Source of the DNA: an uncultured Gemmatimonadales bacterium
GTDB lineage: Bacteria > Gemmatimonadota > Gemmatimonadetes > Longimicrobiales > Longimicrobiaceae
Length of the DNA: 64,000 bases
Assembly: GCA_963716255.1 (NCBI GenBank)
Contig: OY970303.1
Location: forward strand, 5,792,001-5,856,000
Reading direction: 5' to 3'
A model generated the notes under the pieces. That model was not told the DNA's origin. It did no database searches and saw only the letters and a list, made by a program, of their open reading frames with translations. Position numbers and translations under genes: made by a program. Shown here one piece after another: positions 52,431 to 62,406 of the stretch (positions are counted from its first letter, which is position 1; the number at the start of each line of letters is the position of its first letter).

Positions 52431-54158
52431 ATGAACAGCAACGGCGGCCGCTCCGGCGGCGCGCGCGCCAGCAGGGCGCCCCAGCTTTCCGCGGCACGGC
52501 TCCCCGAGCCGCGCCGCATCCTGTCGTGGGTGTACCTGGGGCGCATGTGCCTCGCCCTGGCCATCTTCCTGGCCGTCCTGCTCGCCTGGAAGAACGCCCC
52601 GGCGGACACCACGCTGTCGGCGACGCTGATCCTCTTCCTGTCGGGGGCCTTCACCGCCGGGTCGTTCTGGTACTCGCACCTGGCCCGCTCGCTCCCGGGA
52701 AAGAACTTCCTGTACGCGCAGGTGCTCTTCGACGTGGGGATCGTCACCTGGGTCATCCACCTGACCGGGGGGCCGGGGAGCGCCTTCGCGCCGCTGTACA
52801 TCCTGGTGATCTGCGCCGCGGCCGTGCTCCTTCCCATGCTGGGCGGGATCCTGGTGGGGCTGCTCGCCAGCATCGTGTACTTCACCGACATCGCGTTCAG
52901 CGCCCCGAACGCCCTGCTCGAGCCCGGCGTGCTGCTGCAGACCGCGCTCTTCGCCACCGTCGCCATGGTCACCGGCTACCTGGGCGACCGGCTGCGGCAG
53001 ACCGGGACGGTGCTGGACGAGATCGAGACCGAGCTGCGCCTGCTGCGCCTGGACACCGACGAGATCCTGGGGAGCATGAACTCGGGGATCCTCACCGTGG
53101 ACGGCGGGGGGCGGCTGGTGTACATGAACCCCGCCGGCGCCGAGATCCTGCAGCTGGCGCGCGACGAGTGGGAGGGGCGGCCGGTGCTGGACGTGCTGGA
53201 CCGGGCCGCGCCGGGGCTGGGCGCCATCATCCGCCGCTCCGCCGAGACCCGCCAGCCCATCCACCGCTCCGAGACGCACGGCACCCCCGAGGACGGGACC
53301 ATCCTGGGGGTGAGCACCACGCTGATGGAGCGCCCCGACCCGGACGGCCCCCCGGTGACCGCCATCTTCCAGGACATCACCGAGCGCATGCGGATGGAGT
53401 CGCTCCGCCGCCGCGCCGAGAGGCTGGAGGCCGTGGCCGAGCTGTCCGCCTCGCTCGCCCACGAGATCAAGAACCCGCTGGCCTCCATCCGCAGCGCCGT
53501 GGAGCAGCTCACCGGCGAGGGCGTGGACGCCGAGGACAAGGAAGTGCTGGAGCGGCTGGTGGTGCGCGAGTCCGACCGCCTCAGCCGGCTCCTCGCCGAG
53601 TTCATCGACTTCGCGCGGGTGCGGGTGCGCGACGCCGCCCCGGTGCGCGTGGCCCAGGTGGTCTCCCACGCCGTGGACATGGTGCGCGCGCACCCCGACG
53701 CCTCCGGCCGCGCCATTCGCCTGCTGCTCCCCGACGCTCCCGGCCCCGCCGTGCGCGGCGACGAGGACCTGCTGCACCGCGCCGTGGCCAACCTGGTGCT
53801 CAACGGCGCGCAGTGGGCCGGCCCCGGCGGCGAGGTGGAGGTGTCGCTGGACACCGTCCAGTCCGACGTCCTCGCCCCCGAGGTGGGGATCGCCGAGCTG
53901 GTGCGCCTGCGCGTCGCCGACACCGGCCCCGGGATCCCCGCCGGCGACGTGGACCACGTCTTCTCGCCCTTCTTCACCTCGCGCCCCGGCGGCACCGGGC
54001 TGGGGCTCGCGCTGGTGCAGCGCGCGGTCGACGTGCACGGCGGCGCCGTGTTCGTGGACCCCGCCCGCGCCGAGGGGGAGGGCGCCACCTTCGTCGTCTA
54101 CCTGCACGCCCTCCGCGAGCCCGCCGCGGCGGCCGGACCCACGCACCGAGGAGCCTGA
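52431..54158 (+). CDS. PilS-like membrane sensor histidine kinase
   Basis: About six N-terminal TM helices with LTGG..S.F, a PAS region, LAHEIKNPL and GTGLGL. Confidence 0.85.
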   Translation: MNSNGGRSGGARASRAPQLSAARLPEPRRILSWVYLGRMCLALAIFLAVLLAWKNAPADTTLSATLILFLSGAFTAGSFWYSHLARSLPGKNFLYAQVLFDVGIVTWVIHLTGGPGSAFAPLYILVICAAAVLLPMLGGILVGLLASIVYFTDIAFSAPNALLEPGVLLQTALFATVAMVTGYLGDRLRQTGTVLDEIETELRLLRLDTDEILGSMNSGILTVDGGGRLVYMNPAGAEILQLARDEWEGRPVLDVLDRAAPGLGAIIRRSAETRQPIHRSETHGTPEDGTILGVSTTLMERPDPDGPPVTAIFQDITERMRMESLRRRAERLEAVAELSASLAHEIKNPLASIRSAVEQLTGEGVDAEDKEVLERLVVRESDRLSRLLAEFIDFARVRVRDAAPVRVAQVVSHAVDMVRAHPDASGRAIRLLLPDAPGPAVRGDEDLLHRAVANLVLNGAQWAGPGGEVEVSLDTVQSDVLAPEVGIAELVRLRVADTGPGIPAGDVDHVFSPFFTSRPGGTGLGLALVQRAVDVHGGAVFVDPARAEGEGATFVVYLHALREPAAAAGPTHRGA

Positions 54159-54159
54159 C

Positions 54160-55529
54160 GTGAGCAACGCACCCAAGATCCTCGTCATCGACGACGAGAC
54201 CGCGATCCTGGACACCCTGCGCATCCTCCTCAAGCGGGAGGGCTTCGAGGTGAGCACCGCCATCGGGGGGCGCGAGGGGCTGGAGCGCCTCCCCGAGGTC
54301 CGCCCCGACGTGCTCCTGTCCGACGTCCGCATGCCCGGGGTGGGCGGGCTGGAGATCCTGCTGGCCGCAAAGGAGATGGACCCCACCCTGCCGGTGATCC
54401 TGATGACCGCGCAGGCCTCGCTCCAGACCGCGATCCGCGCCGTCAACGAGGGCGCCTTCTACTACATCCAGAAGCCCTTCGCCAACGACGAGCTGGTGGC
54501 CATCTGCCGGCGCGCCGCCGAGTCGCGGCAGCTCAAGGTGGAGAACCAGGCGCTCAAGACCGAGATCCGCCGCCGCGAGCGCTCCGACACGGTGAAGCCC
54601 ATCGGCAAGAGCCGCCGCTTCCTGGACGTGCTCAAGCTCGCCGAGACGGTGGCCCCCTCCGATTCCACGGTGCTCATCTCCGGCGAGTCCGGCACCGGCA
54701 AGGAGGTGCTCGCCCGCTACCTGCACGAGCGCTCCGAGCGTGTGGACGGCCCCTTCGTCTCCATCAACTGCGGCGCGCTCCCCGAAACGCTGCTGGAGTC
54801 CGAGCTCTTCGGGCACACCAAGGGCTCCTTCACCGGCGCCGTGCGCGACAAGCAGGGGCTGTTCGTGGCCGCCAAGGGCGGCACCTTCTTCCTGGACGAG
54901 GTGGGCGAGATGTCGCCCGCCACCCAGGTCAAGCTGCTGCGCGCGGTGCAGGAGCGCGAGGTGATCGCGGTGGGCGCCACCGAGACCACCCCCATCGACG
55001 TGCGGATCATCGCGGCCACCAACCGCGACCTGGAGGAGGAGATCCGCCGCGGCGCCTTCCGCAGCGACCTGTACTACCGGCTCAACGTCATCACCCTCCA
55101 CCTGCCGCCGCTGCGCGACCGCGCCGACGACGTGCCCATCCTGGTGGACTACTTCCTCCAGCGCTTTTCCAACACCCGGCGGCGGGCGCCCGTGCGGCTG
55201 GCCGAGGAAACGCTGGAAACGCTGCAGTCGTACGACTGGCCCGGGAACGTGCGCGAGCTGGAGAACGCATTGGAGCGTGCCGTCGTGCTGACGCCCGAGG
55301 GCGAGGAGGTGCGGCCGGGGACGCTGCCCACGCGCATCTCGGAGCGCGCGGTGACGCCGCTGGTGTCGGACCGGCTGCCGCCCAATCCCACCCTGGAGAT
55401 CATCGAGCGGGCGTACATCTTCTGGGTGCTGCAGTCCGAGGGGGGAACAAGTCGCGGGCGGCGGAGGTGCTCGGCATCGACCCGTCCACGCTGTACCGGA
55501 AGCTGATGCGGTACGGGATGGAGGCGTGA
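54160..55529 (+). CDS. Sigma54-dependent response regulator (PilR/NtrC family), apparent frameshift at ~55440-55445
   Basis: REC domain; [22 protein letters not shown]. The Fis HTH ([20 protein letters not shown]) continues in another frame after a G run. Confidence 0.88.
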
Positions 55530-55555
55530 GGTCGTGATGCGATAGGTTCTTGCGT

Positions 55556-55762
55556 GGGGGGCCGCTCCGGAACCAGGCCAAACTGCCGGCCTGTTTCCTG
55601 CGCGGGCTCCGGGAGCCCCGGGAAACTGCCCCCGGGTCTCCCTGCGCCGGAGGGAGCCAGCCGAAACTGCCGGCTGTCTCCCTCCGAACAGAATGATGTG
55701 GGTACGACATGAACGGCGAACGGCGCCCCCCACCCGGACATCCCGGTGAGGGCGCCGTTTCG
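55556..55762 (+). repeat. Repeat family B copy 2 plus adjoining hairpin (gtac..atgaacggcgaacggc..cccacc..ggtg..ggcgccgtt)
   Basis: Alignable to 7111-7290 and to the reverse complement of 57880-58090. Confidence 0.85.
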
Positions 55763-55862
55763 CACTTTCGCACTTTTCCCGCGGTACGGAACCTGCCCTT
55801 CCTCCCTTTCCCGCCCGGACCCCGTCCGGGTGGTCCGCGAGGCCGCGTGCCGTGGAGGAGGG

Positions 55863-56462
55863 ATGGAGATCCTGCTTGCCGGGGAGCGCTCCGCGGGGGC
55901 GCACGCGCTGCGCGCGGAGATCGAGGCGCTGGGGCACCGGGTGCTGGGGCCGGCGGCGGGCGCGCGGGAGGCGGGCGCGCTGCTGCGCTCGCGCCGTGCC
56001 GACGTGGCGGTGCTGGTGCTGGACGACGCTGCGGGCGCGGCCGACGTGGGCGGCGCCTGCCCGCTGCCGCTGGTGCTGGTGCTCCCCGGGCGCGACCCCG
56101 CCGTGGTGGAGCACACCGCGGGGCTCCCGGTGTTCGCCTGCCTGGCGGACCCGGTGGCCGTGGAGGAGATCGGCGCGGCGATCCGGCTGGCCCGCGCCCG
56201 CTGGGACGAGCTGGCGGCGCTTCGCTGCCGCGTCGCCGAGCTCACGCGGCGGATGGAGGAGCGGCGGGCCGTGGACCGGGCCAAAGGGGTGCTGATGGAA
56301 GCGCGGGGGATCTCGGAGGACGACGCGTACCGGCTCCTGCGCCGCGAGAGCCAGAACCGGCGCAGGTCCATGGCGGAGGTGGCGGGCGCGGTGCTGGCGG
56401 TGGAGGGAGTGCTCCGCACCCGCGCCGCGGCGGACCCGGTCCTGGCGGCGCGTGCGGGATAG
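55863..56462 (+). CDS. ANTAR-domain regulator with degenerate receiver domain
   Basis: EERRAVDRAKGVLMEARGISEDDAYRLLRRESQNRRRSMAEVA. Confidence 0.85.
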   Translation: MEILLAGERSAGAHALRAEIEALGHRVLGPAAGAREAGALLRSRRADVAVLVLDDAAGAADVGGACPLPLVLVLPGRDPAVVEHTAGLPVFACLADPVAVEEIGAAIRLARARWDELAALRCRVAELTRRMEERRAVDRAKGVLMEARGISEDDAYRLLRRESQNRRRSMAEVAGAVLAVEGVLRTRAAADPVLAARAG

Positions 56463-57021
56463 CGCCTCGCGCCGCGGGCTGGAGCTGGTCTCCGTCGCCG
56501 GGGCGGGGGAGGGTCTCCTCGCCGACCTGGGCCCCGCGCTCGACGCGGTCTTCGGCACGCGCTCCTTCCGCGGGCCGCCGCTCCCGCTGCTGGACGACTG
56601 GCGCGACCCGGAGACGGACCAGGTCCGCTCCGGAGACGTGGTGGACGCGCTGATCGCCCGGGGCGACGCGCTGCGGGCCCATCCGTCGCGCCTGTGGTCG
56701 CTGGCGGTGACCGACGCCGACCTGTGCGCCCCGGAGCGCAGCTTCGTCTTCGGCGAGGCCACGGTGGGCGGGTGCTGCGCCGTGGTGAGCCTGGCCCGGC
56801 TGGATCCCGGCGAGGGGCCCGCCTCCCCGGCCCTCCGGGCCCGCCTCCTCGCCGAGGCCGTGCACGAGCTGGGGCACGTGGCGGGGCTGGACCACTGCGA
56901 CCGCGGGGTGTGCGTCATGGTGCCCTGCCGCACCGTGGAGGAGGTGGACCGCAGGGGTGGCGGATTCTGCCGGCGCTGCCTGGAGCTCCTGCGCGCGGGG
57001 GCAGAAGCCCTTCCTGCTTGA
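56452..57021 (+). CDS. Archaemetzincin-family Zn metalloprotease
   Basis: FVFGEA, HELGHVAGLDHC....CVM, FCRRC. Confidence 0.85.
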   Translation: MRDSASRRGLELVSVAGAGEGLLADLGPALDAVFGTRSFRGPPLPLLDDWRDPETDQVRSGDVVDALIARGDALRAHPSRLWSLAVTDADLCAPERSFVFGEATVGGCCAVVSLARLDPGEGPASPALRARLLAEAVHELGHVAGLDHCDRGVCVMVPCRTVEEVDRRGGGFCRRCLELLRAGAEALPA

Positions 57022-57068
57022 TCTTGCGTGGATCGGCGCTTACCTTGGGTTCGTCCGTCGTGATCCCG

Positions 57069-57491
57069 ATGCACCCGCAGGCCGAACCGTTTCCCTTCCC
57101 GGCTCCACGCGCGGGTTCCAAAGTGACCGAAAACGTATCCCCACGTTCGCTTCGACGCGCCTACCTGGACTGGGTCGAGGAACAGGTCGAGGCGTTCAAG
57201 GACAGCATTCCCCGCAGCGACATCCTCCGCCTCGCCGACGAGGTGGTGACCGAGCTGCGCGTGAGCGCCGAGGGACAGTACCAGCTCACCGAGCTGCTCC
57301 TGTGCACGGCCATCGACCGGCGCATCGTCCGCATGCTCAAGCTGCCGGGGTACCGCGCCTGGTGCGCCGAGCGCCGCGAGCGGGCCGTCCGCCTGGGCGA
57401 GGTGACCCCGCCGGTTCCCGCCGACCTGCCGGCCCGCGCGCAGCCGGAGGCGCTGGACGAGGCGTTGGAGCCGCTGGAGAGTGTCGCTTAG
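57069..57491 (+). CDS. Hypothetical protein
   Basis: Good codon bias; RSLRRAYLDWVEEQVEAFKDSI...QLTELLLC..LKLP.YR.W. Start uncertain (GTG 57123 possible). Confidence 0.6.
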   Translation: MHPQAEPFPFPAPRAGSKVTENVSPRSLRRAYLDWVEEQVEAFKDSIPRSDILRLADEVVTELRVSAEGQYQLTELLLCTAIDRRIVRMLKLPGYRAWCAERRERAVRLGEVTPPVPADLPARAQPEALDEALEPLESVA

Positions 57492-57668
57492 ACACGCGCT
57501 CCGTGTTGCATTCCGACACGTCGTGGACGGGCCGGCCGGGGAGGCCGTGGCGCAAGCGCAGCGCCCGCAGTGGGTTGTGACGGGGTGAGGCCGGGGTATG
57601 GCGCGTGCGTTACACATGCGGTCAGCGCGGAATGCGCTGGCCGTGTCTTTTTCAATCAGGTTATCCGC

Positions 57669-57860
57669 ATGTCCGACAAGACCGACCGGGACGACCCCTG
57701 CCGCGGCGAGGCTCGCGACCCGATGGAAACCGTGGTTCACGACGCGGCCGCCGGCCGCCGGCGCCCCCGCGCCGTGGCGTTCGTGTGGGGCCCCGAGGTC
57801 TCCCCGGCCCCGTCCCTCCCCTTCGGGCGCTGGAAGACGGCGGTCCCCGCCGCGGCGTAG
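57669..57860 (+). CDS. Possible small hypothetical protein
   Basis: 63-aa ORF with GC3-biased codons; no recognisable motif. Confidence 0.3.
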   Translation: MSDKTDRDDPCRGEARDPMETVVHDAAAGRRRPRAVAFVWGPEVSPAPSLPFGRWKTAVPAAA

Positions 57861-57879
57861 AGCAGCGACGGCAGTACGT

Positions 57880-58090
57880 AGTACGAGAACGGCGCCCCCA
57901 CCGGGATTTCCTGGTGGGGGGGCCGTTCGCCGTTCATGCCGTACCCATAGGATCTTTTGACGGGGGGAGACTCGCCGGCAGTTTGGCGAGGCTCACCCCG
58001 GCGAGGGGAGACAGCCGGGCTGTTTCGGCTGGCTCGCCGAGCCCGCGGAGGAGACCGGCAGCAGTATCGCCGGGCTCCGTAGCGGCCCCG
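57880..58090 (-). repeat. Repeat family B copy 3 plus adjoining hairpin (inverted)
   Basis: Reverse complement aligns to 55556-55762. Confidence 0.8.
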
Positions 58091-58106
58091 CCCCACCCGT
58101 CGAAGC

Positions 58107-59123
58107 TCACCGAAGCGTCGCGATCCGCTCGATCAGCGCGGGATCACCGGGCAGCTGGCCGGCGGCGGGAAGGCGGCGGACGAGTTCGCGCCAGGCCGCG
58201 TCCTGCGCGAAGGCACGGCGGAAGAGGGGGAGCGACTCCTCCACCCGCCCGGCGTTCACCAGCATGGCCGCGTGCCAGAACACCATCTCGCCGTTGGTGG
58301 CCGGGTCCGGGACCATGGCCTCGGCGGCGGCGTACTCGCGGATGGCGCCGGCCACGTCGCCGCGGGTGACCGCCTCGTCGCCCGCGTTCATGTGGCGGTA
58401 GGCGCGCGCCAGGTGCACCAGCCGGCGCATCTCCGCCACGGGCGCGGCGTTGTCCTCCACCCGCAGGTCGAACACGCGATCCGCCCACGGCCTGCCGGTG
58501 GACCTGCCGGCCACCACGACGAGCGCGGCCGACTGCCGCCCCCGGATGTCGCCGCCGGCGCGCTCGGCGGCCTCCAGCGCGGCCAGCATCCGCTCGGCGA
58601 GGTCGCCGCGGGTGGTCTCGAAGGCGCGGGCCATGGGGTCCCACACGTTGCCGCGCATGAGGTTGGCCTGCACGGAAAAGTTCTTTCCCACGTGGTGTCC
58701 CGCCGCCTGGATCGCCTTTCCGCCCGTCCACGCCTCCACGTTGCAGCGCGCGTCGATCATCGCCACCTGGCGCACGTCGGTGTGCGCGTCCGCGGCGAGC
58801 AGCGCCCGCAGCGCCTCCGGCCCCGTCTTGCCGGCGCGCATCAGCTCCAGCCCCAGCGCCCCGTACGACGGCTCCACGAACGACTGCGTGGCCACCGCCC
58901 CCACCCCCGCTTCCGCCCAGGGCACGACGGGTCCCACCGAGAACCAGTGCGACTGCACCGCCACCCCCATCTCCCCCGTCTCCGGGTCGCACGCGACGAT
59001 GGAGTACGTGTGCACCGGCCGCGGCGGCAGCGCGCTCCCGAACGCGCCCTGCGCCGCCGACGCGGCGGGGAGCGCTGCGATCCCGAGGGTCATGACCACG
59101 GCTCCGGCGAGGGTTTTCCGCAT
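58107..59123 (-). CDS. DUF1028 (Ntn-hydrolase-like) secreted protein with C-terminal TPR-like region
   Basis: Signal peptide; HTYSIVA.D..TG..GVAVQSH, GAVATQ, GGDIRGRQSAAL, DLRVED. Confidence 0.85.
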   Translation of the reverse strand: MRKTLAGAVVMTLGIAALPAASAAQGAFGSALPPRPVHTYSIVACDPETGEMGVAVQSHWFSVGPVVPWAEAGVGAVATQSFVEPSYGALGLELMRAGKTGPEALRALLAADAHTDVRQVAMIDARCNVEAWTGGKAIQAAGHHVGKNFSVQANLMRGNVWDPMARAFETTRGDLAERMLAALEAAERAGGDIRGRQSAALVVVAGRSTGRPWADRVFDLRVEDNAAPVAEMRRLVHLARAYRHMNAGDEAVTRGDVAGAIREYAAAEAMVPDPATNGEMVFWHAAMLVNAGRVEESLPLFRRAFAQDAAWRELVRRLPAAGQLPGDPALIERIATLR

Positions 59124-59188
59124 GGCTGGACACGGTTGGAGGCGAAGGAAACGGCGACCCACCCGAGGCCGCCGTCCCATAGTTCCCA

Positions 59189-59326
59189 CATTCTGTTCGG
59201 AGGGAGACTCGCCGGCAGTTTGGCGAGGCTCCCTCCGGCGGAGGGAAACCCGCAGTAGTACCGCGGGGTTCCCGTAGCCCGCGTAGGAAACAGGCCGGCC
59301 GTTTGGCCTGGTTCCGGAGCGGTCCA
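59189..59326 (-). repeat. Repeat family B copy 4 (inverted)
   Basis: Reverse complement is ggaccgctccggaaccaggccaaac...gtctccctccgaacagaatg, close to 55558-55695. Confidence 0.85.
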
Positions 59327-59331
59327 ACGTC

Positions 59332-60684
59332 TCAGACCGCGTCCGAAAGCGACGAAAACGTAAAATCCCGCACCTTGAGCGCCGGAACCACCACCGGCTG
59401 CCCCACGTCGCCGGACTCGGACGCGGACACCGCCACCGGCTCGCCGATCGCCTCGATGTTGTTGAGGATGAACACCGGCGATTCGTTGTAGCGCAGGTTC
59501 TTGACCGCGGAAACGATCTTCCCGTTCTCGATCAGGAACGTCCCGTCGCGCGTGAGCGCCGTGTACAGGATGGTGCGCGGGTCCACCGGCCGGATGTACC
59601 AGAAGCGCGTCACCAGCAGCCCCCGCTCGGTGGAAGCGATCATGTCCTCCACGGGGGTGCCCCCGCCGCGCATGCTGTAGCCGCCCGGGTTTCCCGTGGG
59701 CTGCACGTTCTTCTGCTGCGCCCAGAAGCGGTCGTAGCTGAGGTTCCTGAGCACGCCGTTCTCCACCCACGCGATGCGCCGGTTGGGGAGCCCCTGGTTG
59801 GAAAAGGGCGCGGTGGCCAGGTTGGGGTCGGACGGGTCGGACCAGATGTTGACCCGCGCGTCCAGGAACTTCTCGCCGACGCGGTTGCCGCCGCCCTGCT
59901 TGGAAAAGAACGAGCGCCCCTCGTCCGCGGTGCGCGCGCCCAGCGAGCCCATCATCAGCCCGACCATGTTGGCGGCGGCGGTGGGCTCCAGCACCACGGT
60001 CCACTCGCCGGGCTCCACCGCCTGCGGGTTGCGCGACAGCTCCGCCTTGCGGATGGCGCGCTCCGCCAGCTGGTCGGGGTTGACCTTGCTCCAGTCGTTC
60101 TGGCCGATGCCGGCCCACCCCGAGCCCGTGCCGTCCGCGGTGCGCACGGTGGTGGTGTAGTTGACGCGCGAGCTCTGGTTGTAGGCGAACAGGCCGCGCT
60201 TGCTCGCCACCGCGCTGGCCCCCGCGGTGAAGGTCAGGAAGCCGGTGGAGACCAGCCCCTGCCGCTGCGCCGGGCGGGTCACGGCGACCACGGCGCGGGC
60301 GCGCTGCTCCGGGGTGAGGTTGGCGGTGCTCTCGAAGAACCCGGCCGACTGCGGGTACTGCTGCGGTCCCAGCTCGCCCAGGTACTCCGGGTCCTCGGGG
60401 ACCAGGCGGGCCAGGCGCTCGCTGGTCTCCACCGCCTGGCGCAGCGCCTCGTCGTCGAAGCGGTTGGTGGTGGCGGAGGCCACCTTCTTCCCCCAGGCGC
60501 TGGTCACGGTGACGTTGCCGCCCCGCGTGTCGCCCGAGGTGCTGACCTGGTTCTGCGCGAAGCGGGTGTTGCCGGTGACGGTGTTGCTCAGGTTGACGCG
60601 CGCGTCGTCCGCCTTTGAGAAGCCGAGCACCTTGGCGGCGATGGCCTCGGCCTCCGCACGGGTGAAGAAACGGTTGTCGGCCAT
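59332..60684 (-). CDS. TldE/PmbA-family protein
   Basis: TRFAQN, PGEWTVVLEP, GLLVTRFWY, LTRDGTFLIENG, F.SLSDAV. Confidence 0.88.
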   Translation of the reverse strand: MADNRFFTRAEAEAIAAKVLGFSKADDARVNLSNTVTGNTRFAQNQVSTSGDTRGGNVTVTSAWGKKVASATTNRFDDEALRQAVETSERLARLVPEDPEYLGELGPQQYPQSAGFFESTANLTPEQRARAVVAVTRPAQRQGLVSTGFLTFTAGASAVASKRGLFAYNQSSRVNYTTTVRTADGTGSGWAGIGQNDWSKVNPDQLAERAIRKAELSRNPQAVEPGEWTVVLEPTAAANMVGLMMGSLGARTADEGRSFFSKQGGGNRVGEKFLDARVNIWSDPSDPNLATAPFSNQGLPNRRIAWVENGVLRNLSYDRFWAQQKNVQPTGNPGGYSMRGGGTPVEDMIASTERGLLVTRFWYIRPVDPRTILYTALTRDGTFLIENGKIVSAVKNLRYNESPVFILNNIEAIGEPVAVSASESGDVGQPVVVPALKVRDFTFSSLSDAV

Positions 60685-60687
60685 GCT

Positions 60688-62298
60688 CTAGGCTCTCCGT
60701 CCGGTGTTGATGACGTTGATCTTGCGGTGGCGGCTGGGGACGCAGTGGTGCGACACGGCGTTGGACTGCTGCGGCTGCCCCTTGCCGTCGTTGAAGGAGC
60801 CGCCGGCGAAGTAGGTGCTGCGCCCGCCGATGCCGTCCATGGCGTTCCAGAACTCGGGGGTGCGCATCTGGTAGGCGACGTCCTTGAGCATCCCCCCCAC
60901 CTTGCCGTTCTTGATCTCGTAGTACGCCTGCCCGCCGAACTGCGCGTTGTAGCGCTGCTGGTCGATGGAGAAGGAGCCGTCGCCGTCGATGAGGATCCCG
61001 TCCTGGACGTCGGAGACCAGCTCGTCCAGCGTCACGTCGCGCTCGGGATGCGGGAGGAGGTTGACGTTGGGCATGCGCTGGAACTGCACGTCGGACCAGC
61101 TTTCCGCGTACGAGTTGCCGTGCGAGCGCACCGGCCGGCCGCTCTGCCGGTACCAGTCGGCGAGCATGGGGGCCTGCTCGCGCGTGGTCTGCAGGTCGTC
61201 GAGCACGCCGTTCCTGACGATCAGGTAGTCCTCGGGCTTCACCCCCTCGTCGTCCCATCCCACGCTGGAAAGCCCGCCCGGGGAGGAGCGCTCGCCCTGG
61301 ATGTTCATGATCTCGGGGCCGTAGCGGAACCTGCCCAGGAACCGCTCCACCGGGGAGATGAAGGAGGTGCCGGCGAAGTTGGCCTCGAACCCCATGATGC
61401 GGTCCAGCTCGGTGGGGTGGGCGATGGACTCGTGGATGGTGAGCCACAGGTGCGTGGGGAGGAGCACCAGGTCGTATCGCCCCGGCTGCACCGGCTTTGC
61501 CGTGAGCTTCTTCACCGCGGTCTCCGCCCAGCGCGGGGCGTTCTCCACGAACCGGGCGTTCCTCACGTGCTCGTAGCCCAGCCCCATGGGCTGTACGTCC
61601 GTTGACTGGAAGCTCTGGAACTCGTTGTTCCCCACCGCGGTCACGCTCATCCGCGGGAAGGAGCGGTAGATGGTCTGGTGGGTGAAGGTGCCCTCGGTGG
61701 AGGCGAAGGTCTTTTCCTCGCGCAGAAAGAACATGCTGAAGTTGACGAACCGCGCGCCCTGCACCCGGAGGGCGGCCTCGTTGGCGGCCAGCATCATCGC
61801 CACCTTGTCCTCGACGGCGATGTCGAAGGGATCGATCTCCACGGGCGACCGCCAGGTGACGTCCGCGTACTTCTCCACCGGGGCGAGGACGACGGGGCGG
61901 AGCTGGGCGGTGCTGTTCGCCTTCGCCTGCGCCACCGCCTGCCGCGCCACCAGGGCGGCCTCGTCCAGCGACAGCTCGCGGCTGGCGGCGAAGCCCCAGC
62001 CGCCCCCGGCCAGCACGCGCACGCCGAAGCCGTAGGTCTCGGTGTCGGAGAGGCCGCTGATCTGCCGCTCGCGGGTGGAGAGCGACTGGTTGCGGTTGTG
62101 GGAGATGCGCACGTCGGCGTAGGTGGCGCCGGCCAGCTTGGCGGCGTCCAGCGCCCGCATGGCGATCTCGCGCACCGCGGGGTCGGCGCCCGGCGCCACC
62201 CGCGCCGCCGGGGACACCGCCGCCAGGGCCTCGGGCCCGAACGCGGTGAGCCCGGCGGCCATCAGGGCGCCCTGTGCCAGGAACTCTCGACGGTCCAT
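60688..62298 (-). CDS. tldD: TldD-family metalloprotease with Tat signal peptide
   Basis: MDRREFL twin-arginine motif; HESIAHPTELDR (HExxxH); WDDEGV; QRMPNV; DGKGQP. Confidence 0.9.
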   Translation of the reverse strand: MDRREFLAQGALMAAGLTAFGPEALAAVSPAARVAPGADPAVREIAMRALDAAKLAGATYADVRISHNRNQSLSTRERQISGLSDTETYGFGVRVLAGGGWGFAASRELSLDEAALVARQAVAQAKANSTAQLRPVVLAPVEKYADVTWRSPVEIDPFDIAVEDKVAMMLAANEAALRVQGARFVNFSMFFLREEKTFASTEGTFTHQTIYRSFPRMSVTAVGNNEFQSFQSTDVQPMGLGYEHVRNARFVENAPRWAETAVKKLTAKPVQPGRYDLVLLPTHLWLTIHESIAHPTELDRIMGFEANFAGTSFISPVERFLGRFRYGPEIMNIQGERSSPGGLSSVGWDDEGVKPEDYLIVRNGVLDDLQTTREQAPMLADWYRQSGRPVRSHGNSYAESWSDVQFQRMPNVNLLPHPERDVTLDELVSDVQDGILIDGDGSFSIDQQRYNAQFGGQAYYEIKNGKVGGMLKDVAYQMRTPEFWNAMDGIGGRSTYFAGGSFNDGKGQPQQSNAVSHHCVPSRHRKINVINTGRRA

Positions 62299-62406
62299 GG
62301 GAACTCCGGAAACTGGAGGAGGGAGGGAGATGCGGAATGTTAGAACGGGCGTTCGAGGCGGGCAAGGGCGGCGCGGCGGGTGCGCGGCTTGCTGTGCTCC
62401 CGCGCC

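Noticed and set aside
57599..57614. Sigma54 promoter (TGGCGC-N5-TTACA) downstream of the PilR-like gene
   Set aside because: The -12 GC dinucleotide is not conserved and the downstream ORF is doubtful.
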